Positions 1 through 16,670 of a stretch of DNA of 64,000 nucleotides are shown here, piece after piece. The first letter of the stretch is position 1. Every line of letters starts with the position of its first letter. The stretch comes from Octopus vulgaris (taxonomy: Eukaryota), in contig OX597816.1 in the NCBI GenBank assembly GCA_951406725.2, positions 120,280,001-120,344,000 of the forward strand, written 5' to 3'. The notes below the pieces were generated by a model. That model had not been told where the DNA came from. It made no database searches and saw nothing but the letters and a program-made list of their open reading frames with translations. The position numbers were made by a program, and so were the translations under genes.

Positions 1-102
1 CACTATTTTTCGCAGGTTCTTTCGCTTTAGAAAGCTGCAAGTTAGTTTGTTCTGTAGTATTTATATTATTGTTTTAATAATTTAGGTGATTAGTTGGTTT
101 TA

Positions 103-560
103 TCTTTTATATAAAATAGACCTGTATGTGTATTCGCTTTTCACGCGAAACGGCTGCGCGAATTGCTTCCATACTTGGGATGCGTGATTAATTTGACACC
201 GGATACATGATGAGCCTTTCAGTTAATTTTTTTTATTAAAAATAAATAATATTGCTTTATATATATATGATTCACTTCTTTAAAAAGGTTTCTGTATGTC
301 AACTTCCGGTATTCATGTAACAACGACGAAATTTTCCGTTTTCATTTGCTAAACCTCTCACTCTCAATCTTAATGTTTTCATTTCAAGTTTTAATTCGCT
401 ATTTGCAAACAACTACGCTAAATTACTGAAAGAAGATATTTTTACTAAGTTCACAAATTTCACTTGAACCCGCACAATTCATTAATTTCCGTAAAAAGTT
501 TTTATTTATTTAATTTTTGCTCACCGTGTTCAGCCCTATGTATTTGTAGTCAGTTATATG
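103..560 (+). mobile_element. Possible non-autonomous Helitron-like element, 5' end
   Basis: A|TCTTTTATATAAAA followed by TGTATGTG..CGCTTTTCACGCGAAACGGCTG resembles Helitron 5' termini. No 3' CTRR end identified; the end coordinate is uncertain. Confidence 0.3.
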
Positions 561-706
561 CACTCACGTGTGTTTTTGTATGTACGTTTGTATACATTCA
601 TGTATGTGTGTGTGTGTGTGAGAGAGAGAGTGAAGGGGTATGTTGTCATGTATACGTACATACATAAATACATATGCATACATCATTTTTGTATATATGT
701 GTGTGT

Positions 707-746
<40 letters not shown>

Positions 747-763
747 TGTCTAAGTGGCTCTCT

Positions 764-799
<36 letters not shown>

Positions 800-834
800 G
801 CATACATACATACATACATACAAAAAAGATGCAT

Positions 835-1122
835 GCATATTTATTCCCCAGACCTTTCTCCTACCGACTACCATTTTTTCAAGCCCCTTGATGGTTTCCT
901 GCGAGAGGAGTTCAAAATCAAACCGATGCTGAAAGTGCGTTCAAAGAGTTCATCAGCTTCAAAACTCCAGATTTTTATGTTACGGAATAAACAAACTTGT
1001 AACTCGTTGGCAAAAATGTGTTGATTGCAATGGTACTTTGATGAATAGAATTTCCGCACTGTTGAAATATATTATGATGAATTTCATGTTTCAAAACGTT
1101 GCTTACTTTTTACTCAGCCTGA
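835..1122 (+). mobile_element. Mariner (DD34D) transposon 3' fragment
   Basis: Translates YSPDLSPTDYHFFKPLDGFL and, after frameshifts, KLVTRWQKCVDCNG. Ends in TIR-like CTTACTTTTTACTCAGCCTGA. Confidence 0.85.
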
Positions 1123-1199
1123 TCAATTTTTCTTAGGAGGGCATAAATATTTTTGAAGAGGCAGGGAAGAACCTGAATGTAAACGAGACGCAAGGAATT

Positions 1200-1965
1200 T
1201 ATATCGTAAATTGGTAACGTTGGAATAAGCTATTTTAACAATTGTCTTGGAAATGGTTTTGGTGCATTTTAACAAAACAAGTGAGAAACTCCAAACCCCT
1301 GTTTTAATGTGTTTGAAGCTGATCTTCTGTTATTATCTTTAAGTTTGTTTGTTAAAGAACCCGCAAAATAAAACTTCAGACGACAGAGCAAAAGGTTTGT
1401 GTAAAGATATCATCACAAACTGTTCTGATGATTTCAGACTTATTGTTACAAAGAAGTTTTCATTTGGACCAGGTGGTACTACTTCTTTGAGATCAACTAA
1501 GAAATTTAGAACAAGTTCGAAATCAATTCTATAATTGCCTGGTAATCCAACTGAGCAGATTGCGAAAAGTTTAAGTTTCTCTCAAAATTAGTAATAATTA
1601 GATATATATTGATTACAAATTAGTTTAATGAATTTTGTCACTTTAGAGAATATTCGAGTTTAAGGAAATCTCAGAACACTGAAGAAATCGTATTATCTAA
1701 AATGCAATGCATAAAAGTTCTGCTTATTTGTAAACTACACCTAATTGAAGTGTTCCCAATAGTACTGCTGCACTTAAAAGCTGTACTTGGAAATACCTAT
1801 CACGAGTTGTGAAGCAGAAAGGAATTTTTCAAGCTATTCTTTTTAAAGAATAGATTTTGGTCTACCATGACTGAAGAGTGCTTAAATTCTTTGCCGATAT
1901 TGTCTCTAGAAAATGACATTACAAGGAAGTTCTCATATCACAAAATTGTGAATATGATGCAATAA
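1200..1965 (+). pseudogene. hAT transposase remnant (C-terminal dimerisation domain)
   Basis: About 1793-1930 reads IPITSCEAERNFS..KNRFWSTMTEECLNSLPILSLENDI, the hAT dimerisation signature (S..ER.FS..K..LR.TM...RL..L). Frameshifted; upstream boundary uncertain. Confidence 0.7.
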
Positions 1966-2479
1966 AAAAAAGAATATTTTGTGAAATGTGATTCATGAAG
2001 TACGTATCTTCACAGGTGTTTAAAATGAAAGAGTATATATGAAATCTGTTCTTAGCTGTGTTTCATTTCATCACTATAATATGTATCGAGCATGTATATA
2101 AAGAATGCCTAATTTCTAGCCACTACCCACCCCGACTCGGAAACTGAAATTTTTATTTATTCTAGTTACTTTAATATCCTGTTTATTCTAGTTACCGGTA
2201 CAGCAATATAAATAAAAATCTGAAATGTACTGTTTAAATTTTATATCAAAATTTGTAGTGGTCCGTCATGGAACAAACACAATGTAGAAGTTAACAAACG
2301 ATTTCAACCTATCACGCCGCTATCCGCCCTTTGGGCCTTAAGTCCTTGCATAGATATAAGGCCATTCCGACCTTGTTGGATGTTGTCCTGTTGTCGCTCA
2401 TTGCAAAGGGAAGGAGCTATAACAGTTCAAGCTTCATGGCCTCCGAAATATTGGTCCGCCATTGCTGCTGTTGAATGAA

Positions 2480-2640
2480 CAGTTTCTCTTGCAAAGCGAG
2501 AATGACACGAGAGAGATTCATTTCGCTGCTAATAATTTCATGTCACAAATAACAGATCAAGAAAATAAATCTAATTGCTTTTGCAGAGGAATTTGTTTCC
2601 CGAGATGAGAATAGACAAAAGAATATCGGCAGATCTTGAT
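2480..2640 (+). pseudogene. Second hAT transposase C-terminal remnant
   Basis: KINLIAFAEEFVSRDENRQKNIGRS* resembles the extreme C-terminus of hAT/ZMYM1-like transposases. Confidence 0.4.
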
Positions 2641-2924
2641 TGAGTTAGTAGTTTAAAAATAGCTGGGTTTCTTTTTTCATTTTTGCTTATTTTACAAGTT
2701 TCCTCTGCCCTAAACTATGTACGTTACGGCTGCAGAGAAATCATGTATTTATTCTACCTGCAGTTACGTAAACCTCTCCGTCACGTAATAATACAGGTTA
2801 CGCTACAAGGAAATCCTGTATTTCTCATGCTTGCGCTTAAGGTGAAAATATCTTAATATTAATTTACATTTGAATACGTACATTTAAACGAACAAACGTT
2901 ATCAAATGCTTTAACCGTTTTAAC

Positions 2925-3208
2925 ACGGCATGGAAGTTCGTGGTTTCGGATTTAGTCTCACTACGCAGCACTTTGAGCAAGTCTTCTACGACAGCCCCAG
3001 GTCGCTCAATGCCTTGTTAATGGATTTGGTAGACAAAACCTGTGAGAAAGCCTGCCAAATATGAGTGTGTGTATGTATACATATATGTGTAAATACACAC
3101 ACACACACGCGCACACACACATATATATACATACATACATATATACATACACACACACATACATACATACATACATACATACATACATACATACATACAT
3201 ACACACAC
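2925..3208 (+). mobile_element. SINE family A, degenerate 5' half plus internal (TA/CA/TACA)n microsatellite
   Basis: GCACTTTGAGCAAGTCTTCTAC..GCCTTGTTAATGGATTTGGTAGAC matches the clean copy at 16670-17055. Confidence 0.75.
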
Positions 3209-3868
3209 AAGGTGTTCGGGCTAAATTTGAATTTTTTATGTCTCCTTTTTTTTGACAGAGAGCTTAATGTATTGGTGAATAGTCAACAGCGTTGGGGTAC
3301 GTAGTTGAGAAAAAGTTAGTTGACATAGAGCACTTGACCCCCTCTGAATATAAGAAAAAATATACTTGTATCATAATGATTTGCACTGGGTATCAGCATG
3401 TTCACGTCATGACCGATGCTCAATGCTCTGGGAACATTGTAAAGACTACGAGATATGACATGGACAGCTGCAACGGAAACTCCCAAACAGTTGTGATGGT
3501 TTTTGGGTGTGTCTTCAGCGAGAGTGACACCACGCCGCTTCACAGGGTCTTAGGCTCAATTCAGACGGCTATGGGAAACTGCTAGATAATGTGATCAAAC
3601 CTTGGCTGAAAGAATTGCTGCTGGAAGGCCATATGTGTGGCAGCAGGATTAGGCTTCTTGCCACAGCCCCGGGAAAAGTCAGAAGTGGTTGTTGAAGAAT
3701 TTCTACGACTTCACCAACCTCAATTTCTGGCATTTTAATTCCCCCAGCTGTAATCCCATAAATTACTATCTGCGGAGGTGCGGTTGAGAAAGAGACCAAC
3801 GCTCTGTCCGCAACATCAATGCCAAGCTGGTGACCAAGATTAAGCAGATGCTCGAAGATCATCTCCTT
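3207..3868 (+). mobile_element. Tc1/mariner DD37D (maT-like) transposon remnant
   Basis: TIR-like CAAGGTGTTCGGGCTAAATTTGA; VMVFGCV; VWQQD*ASCH..FWHFNSPSCNPINYY, with 37 residues between the second D and the decayed third D position. Confidence 0.8.
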
Positions 3869-3949
3869 ATATGTGTATATATGCGTGTATATATGTGTAT
3901 ATATATATGTGTATATATGTATATATATATCTATATATATATATATATT

Positions 3950-4589
3950 TAACTTTATAAATTCAGGGGTAAAAAATTATGAAATTTATACCATGCGTAA
4001 TTAAAGTCAGGAGACATAAATATTATAAAATATAATAGCGTATGAAATATACACGGAGAGAAAACCACCATGTGGATTTCTTATATGCAGTCAAAACCCC
4101 GAACTACGAAAACACAATCTTACATTAAAGCACGTTGTTTGTATGCAAGCAAGACATTTGATTGAATAAAAACTTCAGTTAACCATATACCCATGAGTTT
4201 CACTATTAATGACCAAATAAATCAACTAATAAGTTAATTAATTCCTTAATTAGTCATCTGTAGCTCGTCAGTAAGGTTGCTGCAAAATATGAGACAACAT
4301 ATATGCATAATATGAGACGACGATACGTACTGAAAACGCAAAGTAAACACATGCGCATTCAGTTCCATCTTTATATGTCAAGAATTCAAGCATATGTTAT
4401 CCGGTCGAAGAATTGAAATATTTAACAAAGGTAAAAATTATTAAATATTTACCAGTGGTCAGCACGGGTTTTGATTGCCCTTTCTATATGTAAGAAATCC
4501 ACCTGGTGGTTTTCTCTTCGTGTATATTTCATGCACTATTATATTTAAAAATATTTGTCTTCTGACTTTTATGACGCATGCTAACCACT

Positions 4590-4590
<1 letters not shown>
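3950..4590 (-). mobile_element. Penelope-like pLTR remnant with inverted terminal copies and hammerhead ribozyme
   Basis: Imperfect inverted repeat 3992-4101 / 4465-4580, HHR at 4181-4278, (TA)n on both sides. The PLE assignment is inferred from architecture; no ORF remains. Confidence 0.55.
4181..4278 (-). ncRNA. Type I hammerhead ribozyme, near-intact
   Basis: Minus strand: AACCTTA-CTGACGA-GCTA..ATGACTAA..TTGGTCAT..TAGT-GAAAC-TCATGG-GTA-TATGGTT. Stem I has 6/7 pairs; cleavage triplet GUA. Confidence 0.72.
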
Positions 4591-4653
<63 letters not shown>

Positions 4654-4655
<2 letters not shown>

Positions 4656-4949
4656 TACTGTTCTGTGATGGCAAGATCAACAAAAAAGTACTCCATTTGG
4701 TGAGGGATAAATATTATTTAATAGACACAGTACATGGTTTTATGTGCTACTTATAGTTTACCGCCTTTCATTTTCCATTTTTTAACCTTCCACATTTTCT
4801 ATATGCTTTCTTTTCAACTTTTCGCGTTTCTTCTCTCATTCAATTTTTAGTTAGTTATGATATGTGGTTTGTGCCTGGTGAATATGTTTGAGGTGTTTCT
4901 CAACATATGGAACTATTAGTAGCACATAAAAACATGCATTGATATGTCT

Positions 4950-4958
<9 letters not shown>
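4654..4958 (+). mobile_element. Second Penelope-like pLTR remnant with inverted copy
   Basis: Inverted repeat about 4718-4758 / 4911-4956, degenerate HHR inside, flanked by (TA)n. Confidence 0.5.
4870..4926 (+). ncRNA. Degenerate hammerhead ribozyme
   Basis: TGTGC-CTGGTGA-ATATGTT..AACATAT-GGAAC-TATTA-GTA-GCACA. All three stems pair, but the core has two substitutions (A6G, A13G). Confidence 0.5.
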
Positions 4959-5001
<43 letters not shown>

Positions 5002-5034
5002 GCAGATAAACACGATTTGGCTTGATATCTATAA

Positions 5035-5094
<60 letters not shown>

Positions 5095-5122
5095 GCAGAT
5101 AAACACGATTTGGCTTGATATC

Positions 5123-5181
<59 letters not shown>

Positions 5182-5258
5182 CATATATATATATATATTA
5201 TACATATTATATATATATATTATATTATACATATATTTTATTATATATATTATATATA

Positions 5259-5304
<46 letters not shown>

Positions 5305-5398
5305 TATACATATATTTTATTATATATATTATATATACTATATTATATATATATATATATTATATTATACATATATTTTATTATATATATTATATATA

Positions 5399-5462
<64 letters not shown>

Positions 5463-5554
5463 GATTGATTGATTGATTGATTGATTCTAGTTTCAGCTTA
5501 TGAGCTGTGGCCATGCTGGGGCACCGCCATTTGGTGTTGCTACTTGGTCTCACT

Positions 5555-8241
5555 TCATGGAGGCTTTCTAGCAACTGCTATTTGGTGCATGAGAGAGTTC
5601 GATGCAGCTGCCCTCATCTGCCCCTCCTGCCGTGAAGTTGGTTCATCTGGGACACCTGACAGGAAGAGATCCAGCTTCATTTTAAAGACATCTGTATCCA
5701 CTCCATGCAGGTCTCTCAGGTTCTTCGGGAGGATATTGAAGAGCTGTGGGCCTCGGAAGCCCAGGCTATCACAGAATCTTGTCCTACATCTTGATGGCAG
5801 GTTTGGAGTCCTAGGCACCACGCAGTGGCGCCCAGTTCTGGCATTTGCGTAACTCTCGATGCCAAAGTTCAGGACACTTCCCTCCAGGATCTTCCAGATG
5901 TATATTATGGCATATCTTTCCCGCCTACGCTCCAGGGAATATAATTTTAATCTCTTGAGTCTTTCCCAGTAGCTTACATTCTGCATAGAGGCTATCTTCT
6001 TTGTGTAGCTTCGTTGGATCGCCTCAAGTTCTGTGATCAACTTGACATTGGATGGTGACCATAGCTGAGGGTCTTCCAGAGGACCATCATGTCTGTTCTA
6101 GAAGAGGGCCATTATGAACAGTAGTGGTCCCAGAACAGTGCCCTGCGGAACACCGCTCACTATTTGTGTGTTAATGGAGGGTAGTGCCCCATTGGCTACT
6201 ACCACCTGACTTCTATCCTTCAGAAAGTCATGAAGCCATTCTCCCAGTTTTCCAACTATGTTGAGATCACGCAGTTTGTGACATATCATTCCATGATCGA
6301 CTTTATCAAAGGCCTTTGCAAAGTCGAGATATATCACTTCCACATTTGAGTGGTTGAGCAGCCGTTTCAGCACCCAGTCATAGTGTTGTAGGAGCTGAGT
6401 TAAACAGCTTCTCCCTGGTCGGAAACCATGTTGGGTGTCGGGCAGCAAGTCATTCTCTTCAAGGAAGGTGATCAGCTTCCTTCTGACTATTCGTTCCATG
6501 ACCTTGCTGATGTGTGAGGTCAGAGAGATAGGTCTATAGTTCTTGGCCTCCGCTCTGCTACCTCCTTTATGAATGGGGCATATTTTCCTGGAAGTTTGCC
6601 AGCTGCAAGGAAGCTCTGAAAGAGGAACTGCAGTGGTCTTGCTAGGACTCTCTTACATGCTTTTAGGAGGTTTGCCGGGAATCCATCGAGGCCAGTAGCT
6701 GAGTCTGTTTTCATTTCATCTATAGCCTTGGTTACATCGTCTTCCTTTATATCGATGTAATCTATCGTCGCCGCCTCTGATTTTATATCTGCAGTGGTAA
6801 AAAAGTCAGTTGGATTGGTGATTTGGAGATGCCCAAGGGGTGGAGTGAAAACACTCTTGAATTGCTCATTCAGTATTTCACTTACCCTCATTGGTTTTCC
6901 TGTAAGTGTGCCATCCTTTTCGAGGAGTGGCCCTATTCTACAGTGCACTGTAGCTGTTTCTTTGGCATACCTGTAGAAAGCTCTGGGGTTAGATTTTATG
7001 TTTTCTATAGCCCAGGCTTCTTTGTCTGCTCTTTCTTTTTCATGGGAGAGTTGCAGACATTTTTCGATTTCCAACAGTTTTATTTTTAGGCGGGACTTTT
7101 CACTGCTTTCAATCTGTTTGTTTAGGCGATTTGAAAATTTCGTACGCCGTCTCATTAAAATTTTCCTCTCTCTGGGGATTTTGTTCTTGTGTACAGTGGC
7201 CTTTCTCTCTGGGACACATTTGTAGCATATGGCTTGCATTACAGACATGAATTGTTGAAGTTTCACGTCGATGTCTGGCGAGGAGAGACATTTAGGCCAG
7301 TTTTGTTTGAGGATCTCTTTCTCAATTTGTTTCCAGTTTGCCTTATGGTAGTTCAAGCTGGAAAGATTTTGAGGGTTTCTTGTAGGCTGCATGTCCGTGC
7401 TCTCTTTTGGCCCGTACATGGTCAGCTCTATCATGTTGTGATCCGAGAGTAGTGTCGGTGTCACTTTCACATTATGGATGAGATCCATGTCATTTGTGAA
7501 GCAGAGATCCAGTGTGTTACCTGCCCTGGTTGGTTGGAGTATTACCTGCTCCATGTACAGGGTGTTGATGAGGTTCAGGAGGGACCTCGCCTGTCCTCGT
7601 TCACATCTTGTCATTCCTGGGAGAGAAAGGCCCTCGGGCCATCTGACATTGGGCAGATTGAAGTCTCCCATAAGAAGCACACCTATGTGTTGTTCTAATG
7701 TGGTTAGAATTTCTTCTATTTTTATAAGGCAGTCTTCAAACTTGCCCACATGGCTTGGGGCATCTGGAGGGCGATATGTAGCACACACAACTACATCAAG
7801 TTGCCTAATATGTACAATTAGTGTGTCACACACCGAGTTTGAGTATGACAAGAGGACCTGGGGTGTGAGGTCCTCACGGATGTACATAGCAACACCTCCA
7901 TGACTCCTTTCTTTCCTGTCGGTCCGTAGTACAGCATACTGTGGTATGTGTAACTCCGCATCTGCTATGTCCGGTTTCAGGTGCGTTTCTGTAAGTGCTA
8001 TGCATAAGGCTTGATTGCATGCAACAAAGTCTCTCAGGAATGGGATCTTTGTCCTGTTACTGAGTGTTTGCAGTCCTCTGATGTTCAGTAGGAGTATCGA
8101 GGTGAGGTGTACGTTGTTGCCGGCGGTGTCCATCCTGTGTCTGTTTGCTGTGGTGGTCTGGTATATAGTGGGTAGTCCCACCTGCGGGCTTGGGTTTGAT
8201 GAAGCCAGGTCAGCTGCTGTACAATCTTTTGTGCCATGCAC
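5555..8241 (-). pseudogene. LINE ORF2 (AP endonuclease + reverse transcriptase), disrupted
   Basis: APE motifs LLNIRGL, ALTETHL, GGVAMY, YRPP, MGDFN, LDLCF, SDH; RT motifs QHGFR, YLDFAKAFDKVDH, SGVPQGTVLGPLLF. Relative to copy 2 there is a small frameshifting deletion near 6586, and deletions near 6070-6103 remove YADD. Confidence 0.93.
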
Positions 8242-8996
8242 AAAAAAGATTGTTGCTCAGCAGCTGCTCTTTCGACAACATCATGTTGGCTGTTTGTGGC
8301 GCGCACAACATCTGCGTACCTCCGCTTTGGGGCAGGTGGTGCGTGGTCCATCCCTTTTCTTTGTGTTGATGGTTTGTCCATCTGCCTCGTGTCTCTGTGG
8401 CAGGGTCCCCGATGTGCAAAGCGGCAGCCTGCACCTTCCTTTCCATGCCAGCAGGAACCTCTCAGGTAGAACATACACACCCGTGTGCGCTGTTTGGTTC
8501 CATCCTTTGCGGTTCCACTTCTATTCCTGGTTGTTTCACTCTTTGGTCCTGCTTGAGCTTTTTCTTTTCCTTTAGCTCTTCCAGTCCTTCTTTTAGTTCT
8601 TCTTCCTCCCTCTACCTCTTCACCGGGTTCTCCGTCTCCATGGCCCTTGCTGCCGGTTGGAGAACTTGCACCTGGGTTCACTTCCCGGGCAGGTTTCTCA
8701 TTCAAAACCTCCTCCCGGGCGTCCACCAGGTGGGGGTGACTTCTTTCATCGTCTCCATTCTTGCCATCTTTGCCCCGCTCGTTCTCAAAGATGGCATCAA
8801 GTGCGCCAATGTGCGACCGTACAAGCGCATATGAGCGCACGAATTCCTGTCTCTTTCGCTCCATCTGAGCCGCTGTCCTCTTGTAGCCTCTGCTCTTCAG
8901 CGCAGCCGCAATCACCTCGCTAGGGCTATCTCCGCCGGCGCACTCCCATGCTCGTACGAATAAATCCAGCTCGTCACGTCTCCATGCTCTGGACAT
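8085..8996 (-). CDS. LINE ORF1 protein: N-terminal Myb/SANT(trihelix)-like domain, basic linker, CCCH zinc finger
   Basis: Intact 303-aa ORF upstream of ORF2. WRRDELDLFVRAW..IAAALKSRGYKRTAAQMERKRQEF is trihelix-like; CMFYLRGSCWHGKEGAGCRFAH is C-x7-C-x8-C-x3-H. Confidence 0.82.
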   Translation of the reverse strand: MSRAWRRDELDLFVRAWECAGGDSPSEVIAAALKSRGYKRTAAQMERKRQEFVRSYALVRSHIGALDAIFENERGKDGKNGDDERSHPHLVDAREEVLNEKPAREVNPGASSPTGSKGHGDGEPGEEVEGGRRTKRRTGRAKGKEKAQAGPKSETTRNRSGTAKDGTKQRTRVCMFYLRGSCWHGKEGAGCRFAHRGPCHRDTRQMDKPSTQRKGMDHAPPAPKRRYADVVRATNSQHDVVERAAAEQQSFLCMAQKIVQQLTWLHQTQARRWDYPLYTRPPQQTDTGWTPPATTYTSPRYSY

Positions 8997-9039
8997 GCTG
9001 GATAATCCGTCTATCCGTTTATCTATCTAATTATGTTCG

Positions 9040-10270
9040 AGAGAAGACAGGAAGATATTAAGGCTAATTAGAAGATAGAGTACTTGAAAAAGAAATATTA
9101 ACAATATTAAAGTTTGTGTAAAAACGTTATTTGGGTAAAAACGTTATTTAATCTTAAGGCTAATTAGGGGATAGAGTATCTGAAAATGTATTAGCAATAT
9201 TAATATTATATTAGAGTGTGGATAAAAACGTTGTTTAATCTTAAGGCTAATTAGGAGATAGAGTATCTGAAAATATATTAGCAATATTAATATTATATTA
9301 GAGTGTGGGTAAAAAAAACAAAAAAAAACGTTATTTAATCTTAAGGCTAATTTGGAGATAGAGTATCTGAAAATATATTAGCAATATTAATATTATATTA
9401 GAGTGTGGGTAATATTAAACGTTATTTAATTTAATCTTAAGGCTAATTAGAAGACAGAGTATCTGAAAAATTATATATACAATATTAAGCAATATTAACC
9501 GTTATTTAATTTAATCTTAAGGTTAATTAGACGTTATTAATATTAAACGTTATTTAATTTAATCTTAAGGCTAATTAGAAGATAGAGTATCTGAAAATAT
9601 ATTAGCAATATTAATATTATATTAGAGTGTGGATAAAAACGTTATTTAATCTTAAGGCTAATCAGGAGATAGAGTATCTGAAAATATATTAGCAATGTTA
9701 ATATTATATTAGAGTGTGGGTAATATTAAACGTTATTTAATTTAATCTTAAGGCTAATTAGAAGATAGAGTATCTGAAGAATTATTAACAATATTAAACA
9801 ATATTAAACGTTATTTAATTTAATCCTAAGGCTAATTAACAATAATTATTAACAATATTAAACAATATTAAACGTTATTTAATTTAATCCTAAGGCTAAT
9901 TAACAATAATTATTAACAATATTAAACAATATTAAACGTTATTTAATTTAATTAAGGCTAATTAGACGTTATTAATATTAAACGTTATTTAATTTAATCT
10001 TAAGGCTAATTAGACGTTATTAATATTAAACGTTATTTAATTTAATCTTAAGGCTAATTAGAAGATAGAGTATCTGAAAAATTATTAACAATATTAAACG
10101 TTATTTAATTTAATCTTAAGGCTAATTAACAATAATTATTAACAATATTAAACAATATTAAACGTTATTTAATTTAATCCTAAGGCTAATTTGACGGTAT
10201 CAATATTAAACGTTATTTAATTTAATCTTAAGGCTAATTAGAAGATAGAGTATCTGGAAAATTATTATAT
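9040..10270 (-). repeat. Tandem array of about 17 variable 50-100 bp monomers in the LINE 5' region
   Basis: Recurrent core AACGTTATTTAATTTAATCTTAAGGCTAATT with optional AGAAGATAGAGTATCTGAAAA and AACAATATTA modules. Confidence 0.9.
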
Positions 10271-10718
10271 CGAGAACAGATATTGAAAATGTAAACAAAC
10301 AAAATGACGATCGCAACTTTAACTAAGATGTGGGCCTAAGTGAAAGATAAAATAGAATAATAAATAAAATATGAAATAGATGAAATTGATACTTAATCCA
10401 ACAATGTGGTCTGGATTATTTTTTTTTTTTGGTTTACGGGATTTTTTTCAGGAGAGATGCTTCTTTTTTCTTTCTTGCAGGAGATAACTTGATTCAGTTA
10501 TTTTTGCACCATGTGCGTTTCGGCGAAAATGAAAATTACTGTGTATATGTATATATTTATATATATATTTTTAAAATATTTTTAACCAAAGTGTTGTAGT
10601 GATCTCTATGACTTAGAGTTTTACGTTTTGCAACTACAGTGGGTTATTTCGCCGTTCTATGCAAACTTTTTCACAGAGCAAAGGCAATCACGTCTTTCTC
10701 TGTTGAAAACGGAACCGG

Positions 10719-16669
<5,951 letters not shown>

Positions 16670-16670
<1 letters not shown>

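Larger units (their letters stand above)
5462..10718 (-). mobile_element. Apparently full-length non-LTR retrotransposon (APE+RT LINE, CR1/L2-like group), copy 1
   Basis: ORF1 plus ORF2, (AATC)n 3' tail, long 5' region with tandem monomers, (TA)n on both flanks. The 5' boundary is inferred from the junction with (TA)n at 10718. Confidence 0.9.

Noticed and set aside
9040-10270. CRISPR-like repeat-spacer array
   Set aside because: Inter-repeat segments are reused modules, not unique spacers; eukaryotic LINE context with no cas genes.
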